A stretch of 64,000 nucleotides of DNA, taken from the NCBI GenBank assembly GCA_050916045.1, contig CP051526.1, positions 992,001 through 1,056,000 on the forward strand. The letters are read 5' to 3'. This stretch comes from Tepidisphaera sp. Its GTDB lineage: Bacteria > Planctomycetota > Phycisphaerae > Phycisphaerales > UBA1924. The position numbers and the translations under genes are program-made. The notes beneath the pieces were generated by a model. The model saw only the letters and a list, made by a program, of their open reading frames with translations. It was not told the DNA's origin and made no database searches. Shown in pieces: positions 18,465 to 28,928 of the stretch (position 1 is its first letter; the number at the start of each line of letters is the position of its first letter).

Positions 18465-19602
18465 ACTTCGCAGCCGTCCATTTCGCTGAGGACTTTGAGC
18501 TTTCCACGGTCTTCTCGATGAAATGCACGCCGCGGGCTCCGTCGAGGACGGTGGGGTAGTCGGCAGCGGCTTCGAACCCGCGTTCGGCGCGGATGGCTCG
18601 GCCCGCCGCGCCGTAGATGTTGGCAAACGCTTCGAGGAACGCTTCCGGGTGCCCAGGGGGGATCCGCGAGAAAGCCTTGGCTTCATCGCACAGGTATCCG
18701 TTGCCGCGGCGGAGCACGCGGTCGGGCTCCCCGGGCCTGCGGTGCCAGAGCTCGTTGGGCTCCTCCTGCCGCCAGTCGAGCGTGCCTTCGGTGCCGAAGA
18801 CGCGAAGACGCAGGTCGTTCTCGTGGCCGATCTCGATCTGGCTGGCGATCAGCACGCCGCGCACCCCGCCCGTCAGCCTCAGCAGCAGGTTGGCATCATC
18901 ATCCAGCCGGCGCCCCTCGACGAACGTCGTCAGGTCCGCGCAGATCTCCTCGACGTGCAACCCGGTGACGAACGAGACAAGCTGCTCGGCGTGGCTTCCG
19001 ATGTCGCCGATGGCCCCGCCCGCGCCGCTCCGCGAAGGATCCGTGCGCCAGTCGGCCTGCTTCTGCCCGGAGGCTTCCAGGTTGCTGGCAAGCCACCCCT
19101 GGTTGTACTCGACGATGACCTTGCGGACCTTCCCGATCGCGCCCGATGCGACCATGTGCCGCGCCTGGCGGATCAGCGGGTAGCCCGAATAGTTGTACGT
19201 CACGGCGAAGACGACGTTGCCCTTCTTCGCGGCGGCGGCGAGAGCGCGGGCCTGCTCGGTCGTATGGCAGAGGGGCTTGTCGCAGACGACGTTGATCCCC
19301 GCTTCGGCGAAGGCTTTGGCGACCTCGAAGTGCACGTGGTTGGGCGTGACGATCGACACGAAGTCGATCCGCTCATCCTTGGGGAGCGTGAGCTCGCCTT
19401 CGAGCATGGCCTGCCACGAGGGGTAGTTGCGTCGGTCGGCGAGTCCGAGCTCGCGGCCGGAGTCCTTGGCTCGCGCCGGATCACTCGACAGCGCCCCCGC
19501 CACGAACCCCACGCCGTGATCCATGCACGCGGCGAGGCGGTGGACCGCGCCGATGAATGCTCCCTTGCCGCCGCCGACCATGCCCATTCGAAGCGTTCTC
19601 AT
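18454..19602 (-). CDS. Gfo/Idh/MocA family NAD-dependent oxidoreductase
   Basis: [36 protein letters not shown]. Confidence 0.92.
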   Translation of the reverse strand: MRTLRMGMVGGGKGAFIGAVHRLAACMDHGVGFVAGALSSDPARAKDSGRELGLADRRNYPSWQAMLEGELTLPKDERIDFVSIVTPNHVHFEVAKAFAEAGINVVCDKPLCHTTEQARALAAAAKKGNVVFAVTYNYSGYPLIRQARHMVASGAIGKVRKVIVEYNQGWLASNLEASGQKQADWRTDPSRSGAGGAIGDIGSHAEQLVSFVTGLHVEEICADLTTFVEGRRLDDDANLLLRLTGGVRGVLIASQIEIGHENDLRLRVFGTEGTLDWRQEEPNELWHRRPGEPDRVLRRGNGYLCDEAKAFSRIPPGHPEAFLEAFANIYGAAGRAIRAERGFEAAADYPTVLDGARGVHFIEKTVESSKSSAKWTAAKFSV

Positions 19603-19745
19603 GGCCGGAGTGTACCGGGGCCAAAGCCACGCTTCAGCACGCACGGGGAACGGGGGAGCAAGCCCGGAAACGTATGAAGGCGCGCACACAGCCTTCTTCC
19701 GGGCTCACTCCCTCATCCCCCGGGGCGATCTTCGGACCTGAGCCT

Positions 19746-20918
19746 TCAGCAGCCCACTTCGTACGCCGCGACGAAGCAGTCGTAGTCGAAGAAGTCGATG
19801 AATCCGTCCTCTTCACAGTCCGCCGTAAGCGTTCCCGCCTGGTACGCCTCGACGAACCCGTCGTAATCGAAGAAGTCGACAAAGCCGTCGCAGTTGAAGT
19901 CGGCGGCGCACGTGGCGGTGATCACCGCGGTGCGGCTCGTCCGATTCCCGCACGGTGAAGAGACGACGACGTCGTAGCTCCCCGCGTCATCCCCCGAATC
20001 GAGCACGTACGTCGAGCCCGTCGCTCCGGAGATCGCCTGCCCGCCGCGACGCCACTGGTACGAGAACGGACCCTGCCCGTCGATGCCGACCGAAAGCGTC
20101 AGCGTCCCGCCGGAACAGATCCTGCCGTCCTGCGGCTCGGCCGTGATGGTGGGAACGCGAACCTGGCCCATCGCCATCTCGCGGATGAAGAGGTTCCCGT
20201 TGGCGTGCCGACCCGGTCCCCCAGTCGGCAGGCCGTCGGCATCGCTCTGGTCCGAATCGTTGGAATCAACCACGTCAAGCCTAAAGCCTCGGATCGTCAC
20301 GTCCCGCACGGTGTACTTCACCGTATAGACCGCGTACTCGGGGTTGGGCCCCTCGACCAGCACAATGCCATCTCCCACGATCCTCAGGTCCGGGTCCTGA
20401 AGCCGGTTGGGTGGCAAAGGATTCCCGACCGTGTCCGCCCACCGGCCCGACACCTCATCGGGGATCATCGTGACCCAGTTCTCCCCCATCAGGCCGCCGG
20501 TGGCTCGCCCATCCGCAAACTGCGTCCGTTCGTCCGTGGTGTAGGAGAGGCGGAACTGTCCAAGCGTGAGATTGCCGCCGCCCTGGTCGGGCGAGTATCC
20601 GCCCGAGAAGATCTTGAAGGTGATCTCAATCGGCGTCGAGGAAGCGGTCAGGTCCTGCTGGGTCTCATAAACAGCGCTCTCTGTGAGGCTTCGATCTCCC
20701 GGGGGTGTGCACCGAACGGTCGCCCAGCTTGTCGAGGGCTGACCGTCGATTGTGCGGCCGGGCGTGAACGTCGCACCGCAGTCCTGCGACCACGACGCGG
20801 TCGCGTTCATCAGCGGAACGTTGAACGGATTGCACTGAGCACCAGCGGTGTTCCCGGCGAGGCATGCCAGACCGATCGCGAGCGGACCAGGAACAACCAA
20901 CAAACGGGCGTTGCGCAT
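19746..20918 (-). CDS. Secreted protein with Ig-like domain and C-terminal GC-type dockerin-like tail
   Basis: Signal peptide; PTITAEP...YQWRRGG...GSYDVVVS Ig pattern; ends CAADFNCDGFVDFFDYD...DGFIDFFDYDCFVAAYEVGC. Confidence 0.8.
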   Translation of the reverse strand: MRNARLLVVPGPLAIGLACLAGNTAGAQCNPFNVPLMNATASWSQDCGATFTPGRTIDGQPSTSWATVRCTPPGDRSLTESAVYETQQDLTASSTPIEITFKIFSGGYSPDQGGGNLTLGQFRLSYTTDERTQFADGRATGGLMGENWVTMIPDEVSGRWADTVGNPLPPNRLQDPDLRIVGDGIVLVEGPNPEYAVYTVKYTVRDVTIRGFRLDVVDSNDSDQSDADGLPTGGPGRHANGNLFIREMAMGQVRVPTITAEPQDGRICSGGTLTLSVGIDGQGPFSYQWRRGGQAISGATGSTYVLDSGDDAGSYDVVVSSPCGNRTSRTAVITATCAADFNCDGFVDFFDYDGFVEAYQAGTLTADCEEDGFIDFFDYDCFVAAYEVGC

Positions 20919-21319
20919 GGGACACTCCTGGTTGTGGGCCGCAATCGGAACAGATCGAACGCGGCCGCTTGGAACGCGGCGAGAAGCCGGAGGGGAGAGT
21001 CAGGAGACACCCGGCTACTCGCCACGAGTATGGGGCACGGGCTGGAAGAGAAGGGTCAGAGAGTGGGCAACCCGCGCCTCACTCTCAGTAAGCATCAACA
21101 CGTCGAGGGATGCGCATTGTTTCGTCTGAAAAAACGAAAACCTTCACCAAACGCAGGCTTCATTCAGAGAAAGCACCCCCGAGATCACTTCTGCGCGTCA
21201 CGTGAGAGATTTTTCACCCGACGATCGCTGCCGCGGCCGACCCAACTCACGGTGAACCGATGCCACGCTTTGGGGGGCGCTGCCACCGCAAGCCCGCCAA
21301 GCTGGTATCGTGAGTGGTG

Positions 21320-22507
21320 ATGACGGATGCGCCGGCCCAGCTTCTGCCGTCCTTTGCTCCTCCAGCCCCCGCGGAAGCACCCGCGGCCTCTCGGAGGCAG
21401 CCCCTCTGTCCCCGTTGCGACTACGACCTCGCAAGCCTCGTTCCGGCCGACCTTCACGCCAACCCGGAGGGCCGTTGCCCCGAATGCGGGTTCGCATTCG
21501 GTTGGGATCACCTTCTTCGCCAGATTCCCGCTCCGGACTGGTCCCTTGAACCCGAGCCGCCCCGATCATGGACGGACCGGTTTGTGCGCGCGTTCCGAGT
21601 CCTTTCCCGCACCCTCAGGCCCAGGACGCTCTGGCAGGGGCCGTCCGAGCCTCTGCCGGAATCCGGCGGACGGGTCAATCTCATGCTCGCCCATCCTGTT
21701 CACGCAGGCGGCGTGCTTGCGTCGGGCGCGATGACGCTGGCGGCGTCGTGGCTGACGGCGGTGCTCGTCCTTGGGCTGCTTGCGATGGTCTCCTTCGCGT
21801 TGATCATCGTCAGGCATCACGCTTACTCGTCGTACCAAAGCGGGCTGGCGACGGCGATTTCGACCGGTCAGCGCATTCTGCCCCGCTCGACCTTCTCATG
21901 GTTCATCGCCGAGTACGCGCCGAATCTCGCGCTGCCGGGCGTGCCATGGACCACTCCCTCGGCCGACACGCAGCGTCTCATGGTGATGACGATGTGGGTG
22001 GTGGGTTCCGCGCTGGTGATGCCGCTGGCGTTTCTGCTCCTTGGACAGACCATGACCAAGCATCGGGTGCGGCGGCGACATCTGTGGCGCATCGCCGCGT
22101 ACGGGCTGACGCCGCTCCCGCTCGTCGGGCTTGCGTTCTCGCTCGTGTCGTGGACGGCGATGATGCTCGACTGGGTGCGGATCTGGCTGACCAACGCCCG
22201 CGCCGCGGCAGAAGTGAACGTCGCGGCGTATGCGTGGGCCCATCCGGAAAGCGGCTGGGGATGGCTGAAGGTCATCTCGGACCGATCGCTCTACGCGGCT
22301 CAGTTCTGGGTGATGCGTGAGGGCTCGGCGATCGTGACGCTGCTGGCGCTCGGGTTTGTCTGGCTTTTCTGGTTCAGAGCCTCTTCGCGGTACCTCCGCC
22401 TGCCCAGCGCCGCGCTGGACACGTTCCTTCTCCTCGTGGTCTCCGTTCTGGCGACGCCGGCGATCGCGTACGTCGCCGCAATGGGTGTGCGAGCTTTCAC
22501 AGGATGA
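21320..22507 (+). CDS. Multi-pass membrane protein with N-terminal zinc ribbon
   Basis: CPRCDYDL...CPECG followed by about 5 TM segments. Confidence 0.75.
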   Translation: MTDAPAQLLPSFAPPAPAEAPAASRRQPLCPRCDYDLASLVPADLHANPEGRCPECGFAFGWDHLLRQIPAPDWSLEPEPPRSWTDRFVRAFRVLSRTLRPRTLWQGPSEPLPESGGRVNLMLAHPVHAGGVLASGAMTLAASWLTAVLVLGLLAMVSFALIIVRHHAYSSYQSGLATAISTGQRILPRSTFSWFIAEYAPNLALPGVPWTTPSADTQRLMVMTMWVVGSALVMPLAFLLLGQTMTKHRVRRRHLWRIAAYGLTPLPLVGLAFSLVSWTAMMLDWVRIWLTNARAAAEVNVAAYAWAHPESGWGWLKVISDRSLYAAQFWVMREGSAIVTLLALGFVWLFWFRASSRYLRLPSAALDTFLLLVVSVLATPAIAYVAAMGVRAFTG

Positions 22508-22513
22508 CCCGGC

Positions 22514-23506
22514 ATGAACGATCCTGCTCACCCCATGCCGGTTCCCGCTTGCCCGCGCTGCGACTATGACCTCAGCGGCGAGACCGCGACGTGGACGGTT
22601 CAGTGTCCCCTCGAAAGCCGCTGCCCCGAGTGCGGCTTTGATGTCCGCTGGACCTCGATCTTCCGAACAGCGACGCCGCCGGCGTGGAGCGTCGAGCACG
22701 CGGAGGGGCGATGGTGGATGATCGTCGCGAGTGTGTTCCGCTCGGCGTGGCGGGCTTTTCTTCCCCGGCATCTGTGGAGGAAACTCAGCCTGTCGATGCC
22801 GGTCGTGCCCAAGCGTCTCGCGCTGATGCTGGTTGTCTGGCTTGTCGCGTCCTACGTCATGTCGATGGGGCTGATGGCCGCGACGATCTGGGTCGAATCC
22901 TGGATGGAAACCCGCGTGCTCATCAACTCGTACCGCGGCGTAGCCGGCTTCAACCCGGCGGCGTTCACCGTGAAGATCGAGACCGGCCGTTGGTTGTTCC
23001 CGTATTTCAGGACAATGTCGCAGTGGCGCGGCGTGCCGCCCGAGCCGATGATGCTCTGCGTCCTCTTCGCTTTGGTGATGCCGGGGGCGATGGTGCTGAT
23101 GCCGATGTCGCTCAGGCGTGCGAAAGTGCGTCCTCGCCACATCGTGCGGCTCACGGGCTACTGGCTGGTGTGGCTTCCCGTGCTGGCGATCGTTCCCGCG
23201 TGGACGGATTCCCTGTATCGCATGACGGTCCAGTTCCGCTATCAGGTGACGACGCCGTGGCTCGTCGAGGCGATCAAGGCGATCCTCGGCGTTTCCAACG
23301 GCATCGTGACCCTGATCCTGTTCGTGGTCGTTGTCTGGTACTGGCGAGCGGCCGCCAAGCACTACCTCAGGATTCCTCGGCCCGCTCTGGTCGCGGTGGG
23401 GCTGGTCGGGGTCGCCTCCCTCCTGACCCTCGCCGTCGGGTACTTCCTCATCCCGGGAGCGGACGACATCGTGACCCGGATTTTCTACGAGCTTTCCGGC
23501 CGCTGA
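22514..23506 (+). CDS. Multi-pass membrane protein with N-terminal zinc ribbon (paralog of upstream gene)
   Basis: CPRCDYDL...CPECG; shared WS[LV]E, PRxLW, VRxRH and YLR[LI]P blocks. Confidence 0.75.
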   Translation: MNDPAHPMPVPACPRCDYDLSGETATWTVQCPLESRCPECGFDVRWTSIFRTATPPAWSVEHAEGRWWMIVASVFRSAWRAFLPRHLWRKLSLSMPVVPKRLALMLVVWLVASYVMSMGLMAATIWVESWMETRVLINSYRGVAGFNPAAFTVKIETGRWLFPYFRTMSQWRGVPPEPMMLCVLFALVMPGAMVLMPMSLRRAKVRPRHIVRLTGYWLVWLPVLAIVPAWTDSLYRMTVQFRYQVTTPWLVEAIKAILGVSNGIVTLILFVVVVWYWRAAAKHYLRIPRPALVAVGLVGVASLLTLAVGYFLIPGADDIVTRIFYELSGR

Positions 23507-23556
23507 TCTCTCCAGCCCGGCCGCGAAGCCCCCAAACCCCATCTACCATCCGGCCT

Positions 23557-24840
23557 ATGCCCCAGACGACCAACCCAGCCCAGGCCGACCCCGCGGTTTT
23601 CGACCTCATCGCCAAGGAAGCCGCTCGCCAGGAATCCACCCTCGAGCTCATCGCCAGCGAGAATCACACCTCGCCCGCCGTCATGGCCGCGATGGGAAGC
23701 TGCCTCACCAACAAGTACGCCGAGGGATACCCCGGCGCACGCTATTACGGCGGCTGCGTCTTCCACGACCAGATCGAACAGCTCGCCATCGATCGGGCCA
23801 AGCAGATGTTCGGAGCCCGGTTCGCGAACGTTCAGCCGCACTCGGGCGCCCAAGCCAACGCGGCTGTCTTCATGGCGCTCATGGAGCCCGGATCCACCTT
23901 TCTCTCGCTTGTGCTCAAGGATGGCGGCCACCTCAGCCACGGCATGAAGCTCAACTTCTCCGGCCGGTACTACAACCCCGTCCACTACCCCCTTCACTAC
24001 TCCCCCTCGCACGAGCAGTTTGAGCACATCAACTACGACGCGATGAAGGAAGCCGCCCGTCAGCACCGGCCGAAGGTCATCATGTGCGGCTACTCCGCGT
24101 ATCCACGCACCATCGACTTCGCCAAGTTCCGCGAAGCCGCCGATGAAGTCGGCGCGCTCCTCGTCGCCGACGTCGCCCACATCGCAGGCCTGATCGTCGG
24201 CGGAGCCCATCCAAGCCCCTTCCCGCACGCTCACGTCGTCACGACGACCACGCACAAGACCCTCCGCGGCCCGCGCGGCGGCCTCATCCTCACCAACGAC
24301 GAGGAACTCGCCAAGAAGATCGACAAGTCCGTCTTCCCCGGGATGCAGGGCGGCCCGCTCATGCACGTCATCGCCGCCAAAGCCGTCGCTTTCGGCGAGT
24401 GCCTGCAGCCCTCCTTCAGGACCTACGCCGCCCAGGTCATCGCCAACGCGAAAGCCCTCGCTTCGGCGCTCACCTCGATGGGCTACCGAATCACGACCGG
24501 CGGAACCGACAACCACCTCATGCTCGTGGACCTGCGCCGCAAGAGCGACCAACTCACCGGCGCCGACGCTGAGCGCTGGCTGGAACAAGCCGGGATCATC
24601 TGCAACAAGAACGGCATTCCCGAGGATCCGCGCCCGCCGAAGTTCACCAGCGGCATCCGCCTAGGCACCCCGGCGATCACGACCCGCGGCCTCCGCGAAG
24701 CCGACATGGCCAAGGTTGCCTCGTTCATCGATCGGGTCCTCACCGCGGGCCTCAAGGGCCCGGGCGACCTGGAGGCCGTGGCCGCGCAAGTGCGGTCCGA
24801 GGTTCGTACGATGTGCGGGTCCTTCCCGATGCCACATTGA
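23557..24840 (+). CDS. glyA: Serine hydroxymethyltransferase
   Basis: [51 protein letters not shown]. Confidence 0.97.
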   Translation: MPQTTNPAQADPAVFDLIAKEAARQESTLELIASENHTSPAVMAAMGSCLTNKYAEGYPGARYYGGCVFHDQIEQLAIDRAKQMFGARFANVQPHSGAQANAAVFMALMEPGSTFLSLVLKDGGHLSHGMKLNFSGRYYNPVHYPLHYSPSHEQFEHINYDAMKEAARQHRPKVIMCGYSAYPRTIDFAKFREAADEVGALLVADVAHIAGLIVGGAHPSPFPHAHVVTTTTHKTLRGPRGGLILTNDEELAKKIDKSVFPGMQGGPLMHVIAAKAVAFGECLQPSFRTYAAQVIANAKALASALTSMGYRITTGGTDNHLMLVDLRRKSDQLTGADAERWLEQAGIICNKNGIPEDPRPPKFTSGIRLGTPAITTRGLREADMAKVASFIDRVLTAGLKGPGDLEAVAAQVRSEVRTMCGSFPMPH

Positions 24841-25085
24841 CGCACGGTTCGCGCCGCCGGAGATTCCGAGTTTTCTGTCTGGAAGGTCCGCGCAGACGCT
24901 TGTGTCTTGACTCTTTCCGAATTATCTTGACGACTTCGTCGTTCGCTTCAAGATCAGTGGCATCATGGTGCAGCTGGTTTGCGAAGAGTCGGACGGAGGA
25001 GTACATTTGGAAGTTTGGTTTGTGTTTGGTTGACCGCTCCGGGCTTTGGAGCGGCTCCCGTCGCTGCATCACAGGAGATTCGCAG

Positions 25086-27506
25086 ATGGTCCGTATCGAA
25101 GATCTGGTCTGTTACGTGGGGACGGCCGCGGCCATTACCGGCGCGGTCGCGGTGTCGATGCTCAACTCGGCACCCGCCCCCGCCCAGCCGGCGGAGCGTG
25201 AGTCCGGTTCGCGTATGCAGATCGCCGGGTCCAAGCACCTGGTGCAGATCCCTGAGGAGTATCGCCGCGAGCTGATCCAGCACGTCGCGGCCTGCTTTGA
25301 TCCGTTCAACCCGCCCTCGCAGGAGATGATCGACGAGGTCAACGCGCTGTACATCTTCGGCGAGCGGTACAACGTCGGCAGCCGCTGGACGTCGACTGCT
25401 TCGGGCGGCACCGGCTCGCAGGGCGATCCCATCACGCTGCTCTGGTCCTTCGTGCCCGACGGCCTCTCGATTCCGAGCGGCGTCGGCGAGGGCGCGGCCG
25501 CGAGCAACCTCTTCTCCCGCATGGACACGCTTTTCGCCGCTTCGGGCGGACGCGCGGTCTGGGTTCAGCAGTTCGTCCGCAGCTTCGCCCGCTGGGAAGC
25601 CCTCTCCGGCGTCGGCTACGTTCGCGTGACGGTCGGCGGCAACGACTGGGACGACGGAGCCTCCTGGACCTCGAGCGGCTCCGTGGGGCTCCGCGGCGAC
25701 GTCCGCATCTCGATGAAGAACATCGATGGCGGCAGCGGCATTCTCGCGTACAACGCTTTCCCGGGCAATGGCAACGGCGGCAACATGGTCCTGGACTCTT
25801 CGGAGACGTGGCAGGCCTCCGCGAGCAGCTTCCGATTCCTGCGCAACACCATCATGCACGAGCACGGGCACGGTCTCGGCTTCAACCACACGTGCTCGAC
25901 CAACTCGGGCATCCTGATGGAGCCCTTCCTGGCGACCAGCTTCGACGGTCCCCAGCAGGACGACATCCGCGCAGTGCAGCGCAACTACGGCGATCCGTTC
26001 GAGCCCAACAACAACGCGGCGTCCGCGCCCGTGGTGGCCACGCTGAGCACGGTCGGCACGACCACGGTCGGCATCATCCCGACCAACGCTCCTGGTGATT
26101 CGATCACCTATCCGGCGGTTCCCAACGCATCGCTCATCAGCATCGACGCCAACGCAGAGACGGACTTCTGGAAAGCGAGCACGACGGCGAACCTGCTCGC
26201 AACGGTGACGGTGACCCCGATCGGATCGACGTACGACGATTCGGACCAGCAGAACGACGGCTCCTGCCTCACGGGGAACAACTTCAACGCCTTGGCGGTG
26301 GCGGACCTCACGCTTCGCATCACCGATGTCTCCGGCGCGACGACGCTCGCGTTCCAGAACGCCACGACGGTCGGCACGGCCGAGTCCATTCCGACGTTCC
26401 TCCTTTCCGGCAACAGCACCTACAACTTCGTGGTCGCGGAAGCGGACGCGCCGACGCAGTCGCAGCTTTACCGCCTCCAGTTCCAGGTGACCGGGCTGAC
26501 GACGGTCAACGCTTCGGACGGCACTTCGACCAACACCATCAACGTGAACTGGACCAACATCCCGAACAACACGGGGTACCAGGTCTTCCGTTCGACGACC
26601 AACAACTTCGCGACCGCGACGCAGATCGCCACGCCCGCGACCAACACCTTTGCCGACACCGGGCTTCCGTCCGGCCAGTCGTTCTTCTACTGGGTGAAAG
26701 CGACGCAGGCCGTCGGTGGCTTCAACAGCAATCAGTTCGTCGGCGGCCCCGAGCAGGGCTCGACCTCGACGCCGGCCAACCTTCCTCCGACCGCCAACGC
26801 CGGCCCGGACCAGAACGTCCGCGACCCCGAGGGCGACGGCACGCAGAGCGTCACGCTGAACGGCTCGGGCTCGTCCGACTCGGACGGTTCGATCACGAGC
26901 TATGTCTGGAAAGAAGGCCCGACGACCATCGCCACGGGCGTGAACCCGACGGTCAATCTGTCGGCGGGCGTCCACACGATCACGCTCACGGTGACCGATG
27001 ACGACACCGCGACGGGCTCGGACACGGTCGTGGTGACGGTGACCTCCAACGAGGCGCCCAGCGCGGTCGCGGGCGTCGACCAGACGGTGACCGATGCGGA
27101 CAACTCGGGCGCGGAGGTCGTGAACCTCAGCGCTGCGGGCTCCGACGACGGAGACGGCACGATCGTTTCCTACGTCTGGCGCGAGAACGGCCTTGAGATC
27201 GGAACCGGGTTCGACCCGTCGATCAACTTCACCGTGGGCGAGCACATCGTCGAGCTCACGGTGACGGACAACGAGGGTCGCACCGGCACCGACACCATCC
27301 GCATCGTCGTTCAGGAGGGTGTGACGCCGTGCCCGGCTGACTTCAACGGCGACGGGTTCCTGGACTTCTTCGACTACGACGACTTCGTCGCATGCTACGA
27401 GACGGGCGCGTGCCCCGACGGCCGTACGGCGGACTTCAACGGCGACGAATTCGTGGATTTCTTCGACTACGACGAGTTCGTCGGCGCGTTCGAGACGGGC
27501 TGCTGA
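25086..27506 (+). CDS. Secreted matrixin-like (M10 metzincin) metalloprotease with FN3-like and two PKD-like domains and GC-type dockerin-like tail
   Basis: HEHGHGLGFNH zinc motif with ILMEP Met-turn; PTANAGPDQ / SAVAGVDQ PKD starts; ends CPADFNGDGFLDFFDYDDF...AFETGC. Confidence 0.88.
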   Translation: MVRIEDLVCYVGTAAAITGAVAVSMLNSAPAPAQPAERESGSRMQIAGSKHLVQIPEEYRRELIQHVAACFDPFNPPSQEMIDEVNALYIFGERYNVGSRWTSTASGGTGSQGDPITLLWSFVPDGLSIPSGVGEGAAASNLFSRMDTLFAASGGRAVWVQQFVRSFARWEALSGVGYVRVTVGGNDWDDGASWTSSGSVGLRGDVRISMKNIDGGSGILAYNAFPGNGNGGNMVLDSSETWQASASSFRFLRNTIMHEHGHGLGFNHTCSTNSGILMEPFLATSFDGPQQDDIRAVQRNYGDPFEPNNNAASAPVVATLSTVGTTTVGIIPTNAPGDSITYPAVPNASLISIDANAETDFWKASTTANLLATVTVTPIGSTYDDSDQQNDGSCLTGNNFNALAVADLTLRITDVSGATTLAFQNATTVGTAESIPTFLLSGNSTYNFVVAEADAPTQSQLYRLQFQVTGLTTVNASDGTSTNTINVNWTNIPNNTGYQVFRSTTNNFATATQIATPATNTFADTGLPSGQSFFYWVKATQAVGGFNSNQFVGGPEQGSTSTPANLPPTANAGPDQNVRDPEGDGTQSVTLNGSGSSDSDGSITSYVWKEGPTTIATGVNPTVNLSAGVHTITLTVTDDDTATGSDTVVVTVTSNEAPSAVAGVDQTVTDADNSGAEVVNLSAAGSDDGDGTIVSYVWRENGLEIGTGFDPSINFTVGEHIVELTVTDNEGRTGTDTIRIVVQEGVTPCPADFNGDGFLDFFDYDDFVACYETGACPDGRTADFNGDEFVDFFDYDEFVGAFETGC

Positions 27507-27531
27507 TCGGTCGACATCAATCCTGTAAATG

Positions 27532-27570
27532 AAGAGGCCCACGGGTATGAACCCGTGGGCTTCTTTGTTT
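27532..27570. terminator. Rho-independent terminator between convergent genes
   Basis: AAGAGGCCCACGGGT-ATGA-ACCCGTGGGCTTCTT followed by T-rich tail. Confidence 0.75.
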
Positions 27571-27592
27571 GGTCAGGGCTGCCGATCTGCGA

Positions 27593-28822
27593 TCACTGGT
27601 CGGTGACGCTCGCGGTCGTGGTCTGGGAGATCTTGCTCAGGAGATCCTGGGCGGTGCGGTTGTTCGGATCGTACTGGATCGCCGTGCGGAGCGTGTTGCT
27701 GGCGCCGACGCTGTCTCGCTGCTCCATCTGGATGGAAGCCAGCAGCATGTAGGCGTCGCTCGAGGGCTCGCGCTCGATGGCGGCCAGGACGCTGTCCTTG
27801 GCGGCGGCTTTGTCACCGCGCTGGCGTTCCCACAGAGCGCGGAGGAGGTACCCGTCGGCGCTCCGGGGCGAGATCGCGATGAGCTTGGCTCCGGCGGTGC
27901 GGACGCGGTTGAAGTCGTTGAGCTTGAAGCTGACCTGCCCCAGGTCGCGCCACGCGTCGGTGTCCGCCGAGCCCGTCTGGTCGTTGCAGAGGCGGATGAG
28001 GATCTCGCGGGCGTCCACGAGGCGGTCGGTCTCGATCAGGCACTTGGCCCGGGCGTGCTGGAGGTCGCGCCGCTCGGAGAGCGCCGGGTCCTTGAGAAGC
28101 TTGCGGAGGTTGACTTCGGCTTTGGCGAACTGCTGCAGAGCGACCTGAGCCTGAACGAGGTTCTCGAGGATCGTCATGTCGTTGGGCGAGAGGAGACGGG
28201 CTTCGTTGAACATCGTCTCGGCTTTGACGTAGTCCTTCTCGATCATGGCGAGGTGGCCGAGGACCTGGCGGATGGCGGCGTTGTCGGCCATCAGCGGCCC
28301 GCGCGACTCGAGGAACTTGCGGGCTTCCTCGAGCTGCCCGACATCGATCATGACTTCCGCGGCGGCCGTGGCGAACTGAGCGTTGCCGGCGTCGAGCTCC
28401 GCGGCTTTCAGGTAACGCTTGAGAGCCTCATCCTTGCGATCAAGGCGTTCGTTGGCGACCCCGAGGAAGTAGTGGGTGTCGACCAAGGTGGGGTCGAGTT
28501 CTTCGGCGCGGTTGAAGGACTGGAGAGCGGCTTCGAGGTTTCCCAGTTCGAGCATGATGCGTCCGCGGAGGGTCCAGGTCTTCGCGGACTTGTCGTTCAT
28601 CGCGAGGCTGTTCTCGACGGAGCGGAGAGCTTTGGGGAAGTCGCCCGCGAGCAGGTCGCCGAGGGCGGTCTGGTGCTCGATGCCGGCTTTGATGCTGTCG
28701 AGCTTGATCTTGGCGGCGTTGCGCTGTTCTTCAGTATGCTTGCCGTGGGAGCCGGTGTTGCACCCGGCAAGGGCGCACAGTCCGAGAATGGCGGCGAGTG
28801 AAAGAGCGTTGCGGTTGATCAT
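27593..28822 (-). CDS. TPR-repeat lipoprotein
   Basis: Lipobox LAGC; multiple TPR-like helical repeats. Confidence 0.85.
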   Translation of the reverse strand: MINRNALSLAAILGLCALAGCNTGSHGKHTEEQRNAAKIKLDSIKAGIEHQTALGDLLAGDFPKALRSVENSLAMNDKSAKTWTLRGRIMLELGNLEAALQSFNRAEELDPTLVDTHYFLGVANERLDRKDEALKRYLKAAELDAGNAQFATAAAEVMIDVGQLEEARKFLESRGPLMADNAAIRQVLGHLAMIEKDYVKAETMFNEARLLSPNDMTILENLVQAQVALQQFAKAEVNLRKLLKDPALSERRDLQHARAKCLIETDRLVDAREILIRLCNDQTGSADTDAWRDLGQVSFKLNDFNRVRTAGAKLIAISPRSADGYLLRALWERQRGDKAAAKDSVLAAIEREPSSDAYMLLASIQMEQRDSVGASNTLRTAIQYDPNNRTAQDLLSKISQTTTASVTDQ

Positions 28823-28928
28823 CGTGGTCTCCGGTCTTGGGCTTTGGATTCGGAACGAAACCGGCCCCGCAGGGAACACGGGGCCGGGGTTCTCTCTCAG
28901 ATTGGTCGGTCAGGGCGGAGCCCGAGAT

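Noticed and set aside
21036..21048. Third REP copy (CACGGGCTGGAAG)
   Set aside because: An exact 13-nt reverse-complement match to part of the 6559 element, but the second stem arm and GTAG foot are missing; at most a decayed remnant.
22684..23556. Apparent 290-aa N-terminal extension of GlyA
   Set aside because: Out-of-frame overlap with the zinc-ribbon membrane gene; SHMT homology starts at about 23557.
27532..27565. CCCACGGGT/ACCCGTGGG hairpin as a REP
   Set aside because: Resembles the REP stem but lacks a GTRG foot, has T tails and sits between convergent genes, so it is better explained as a terminator.
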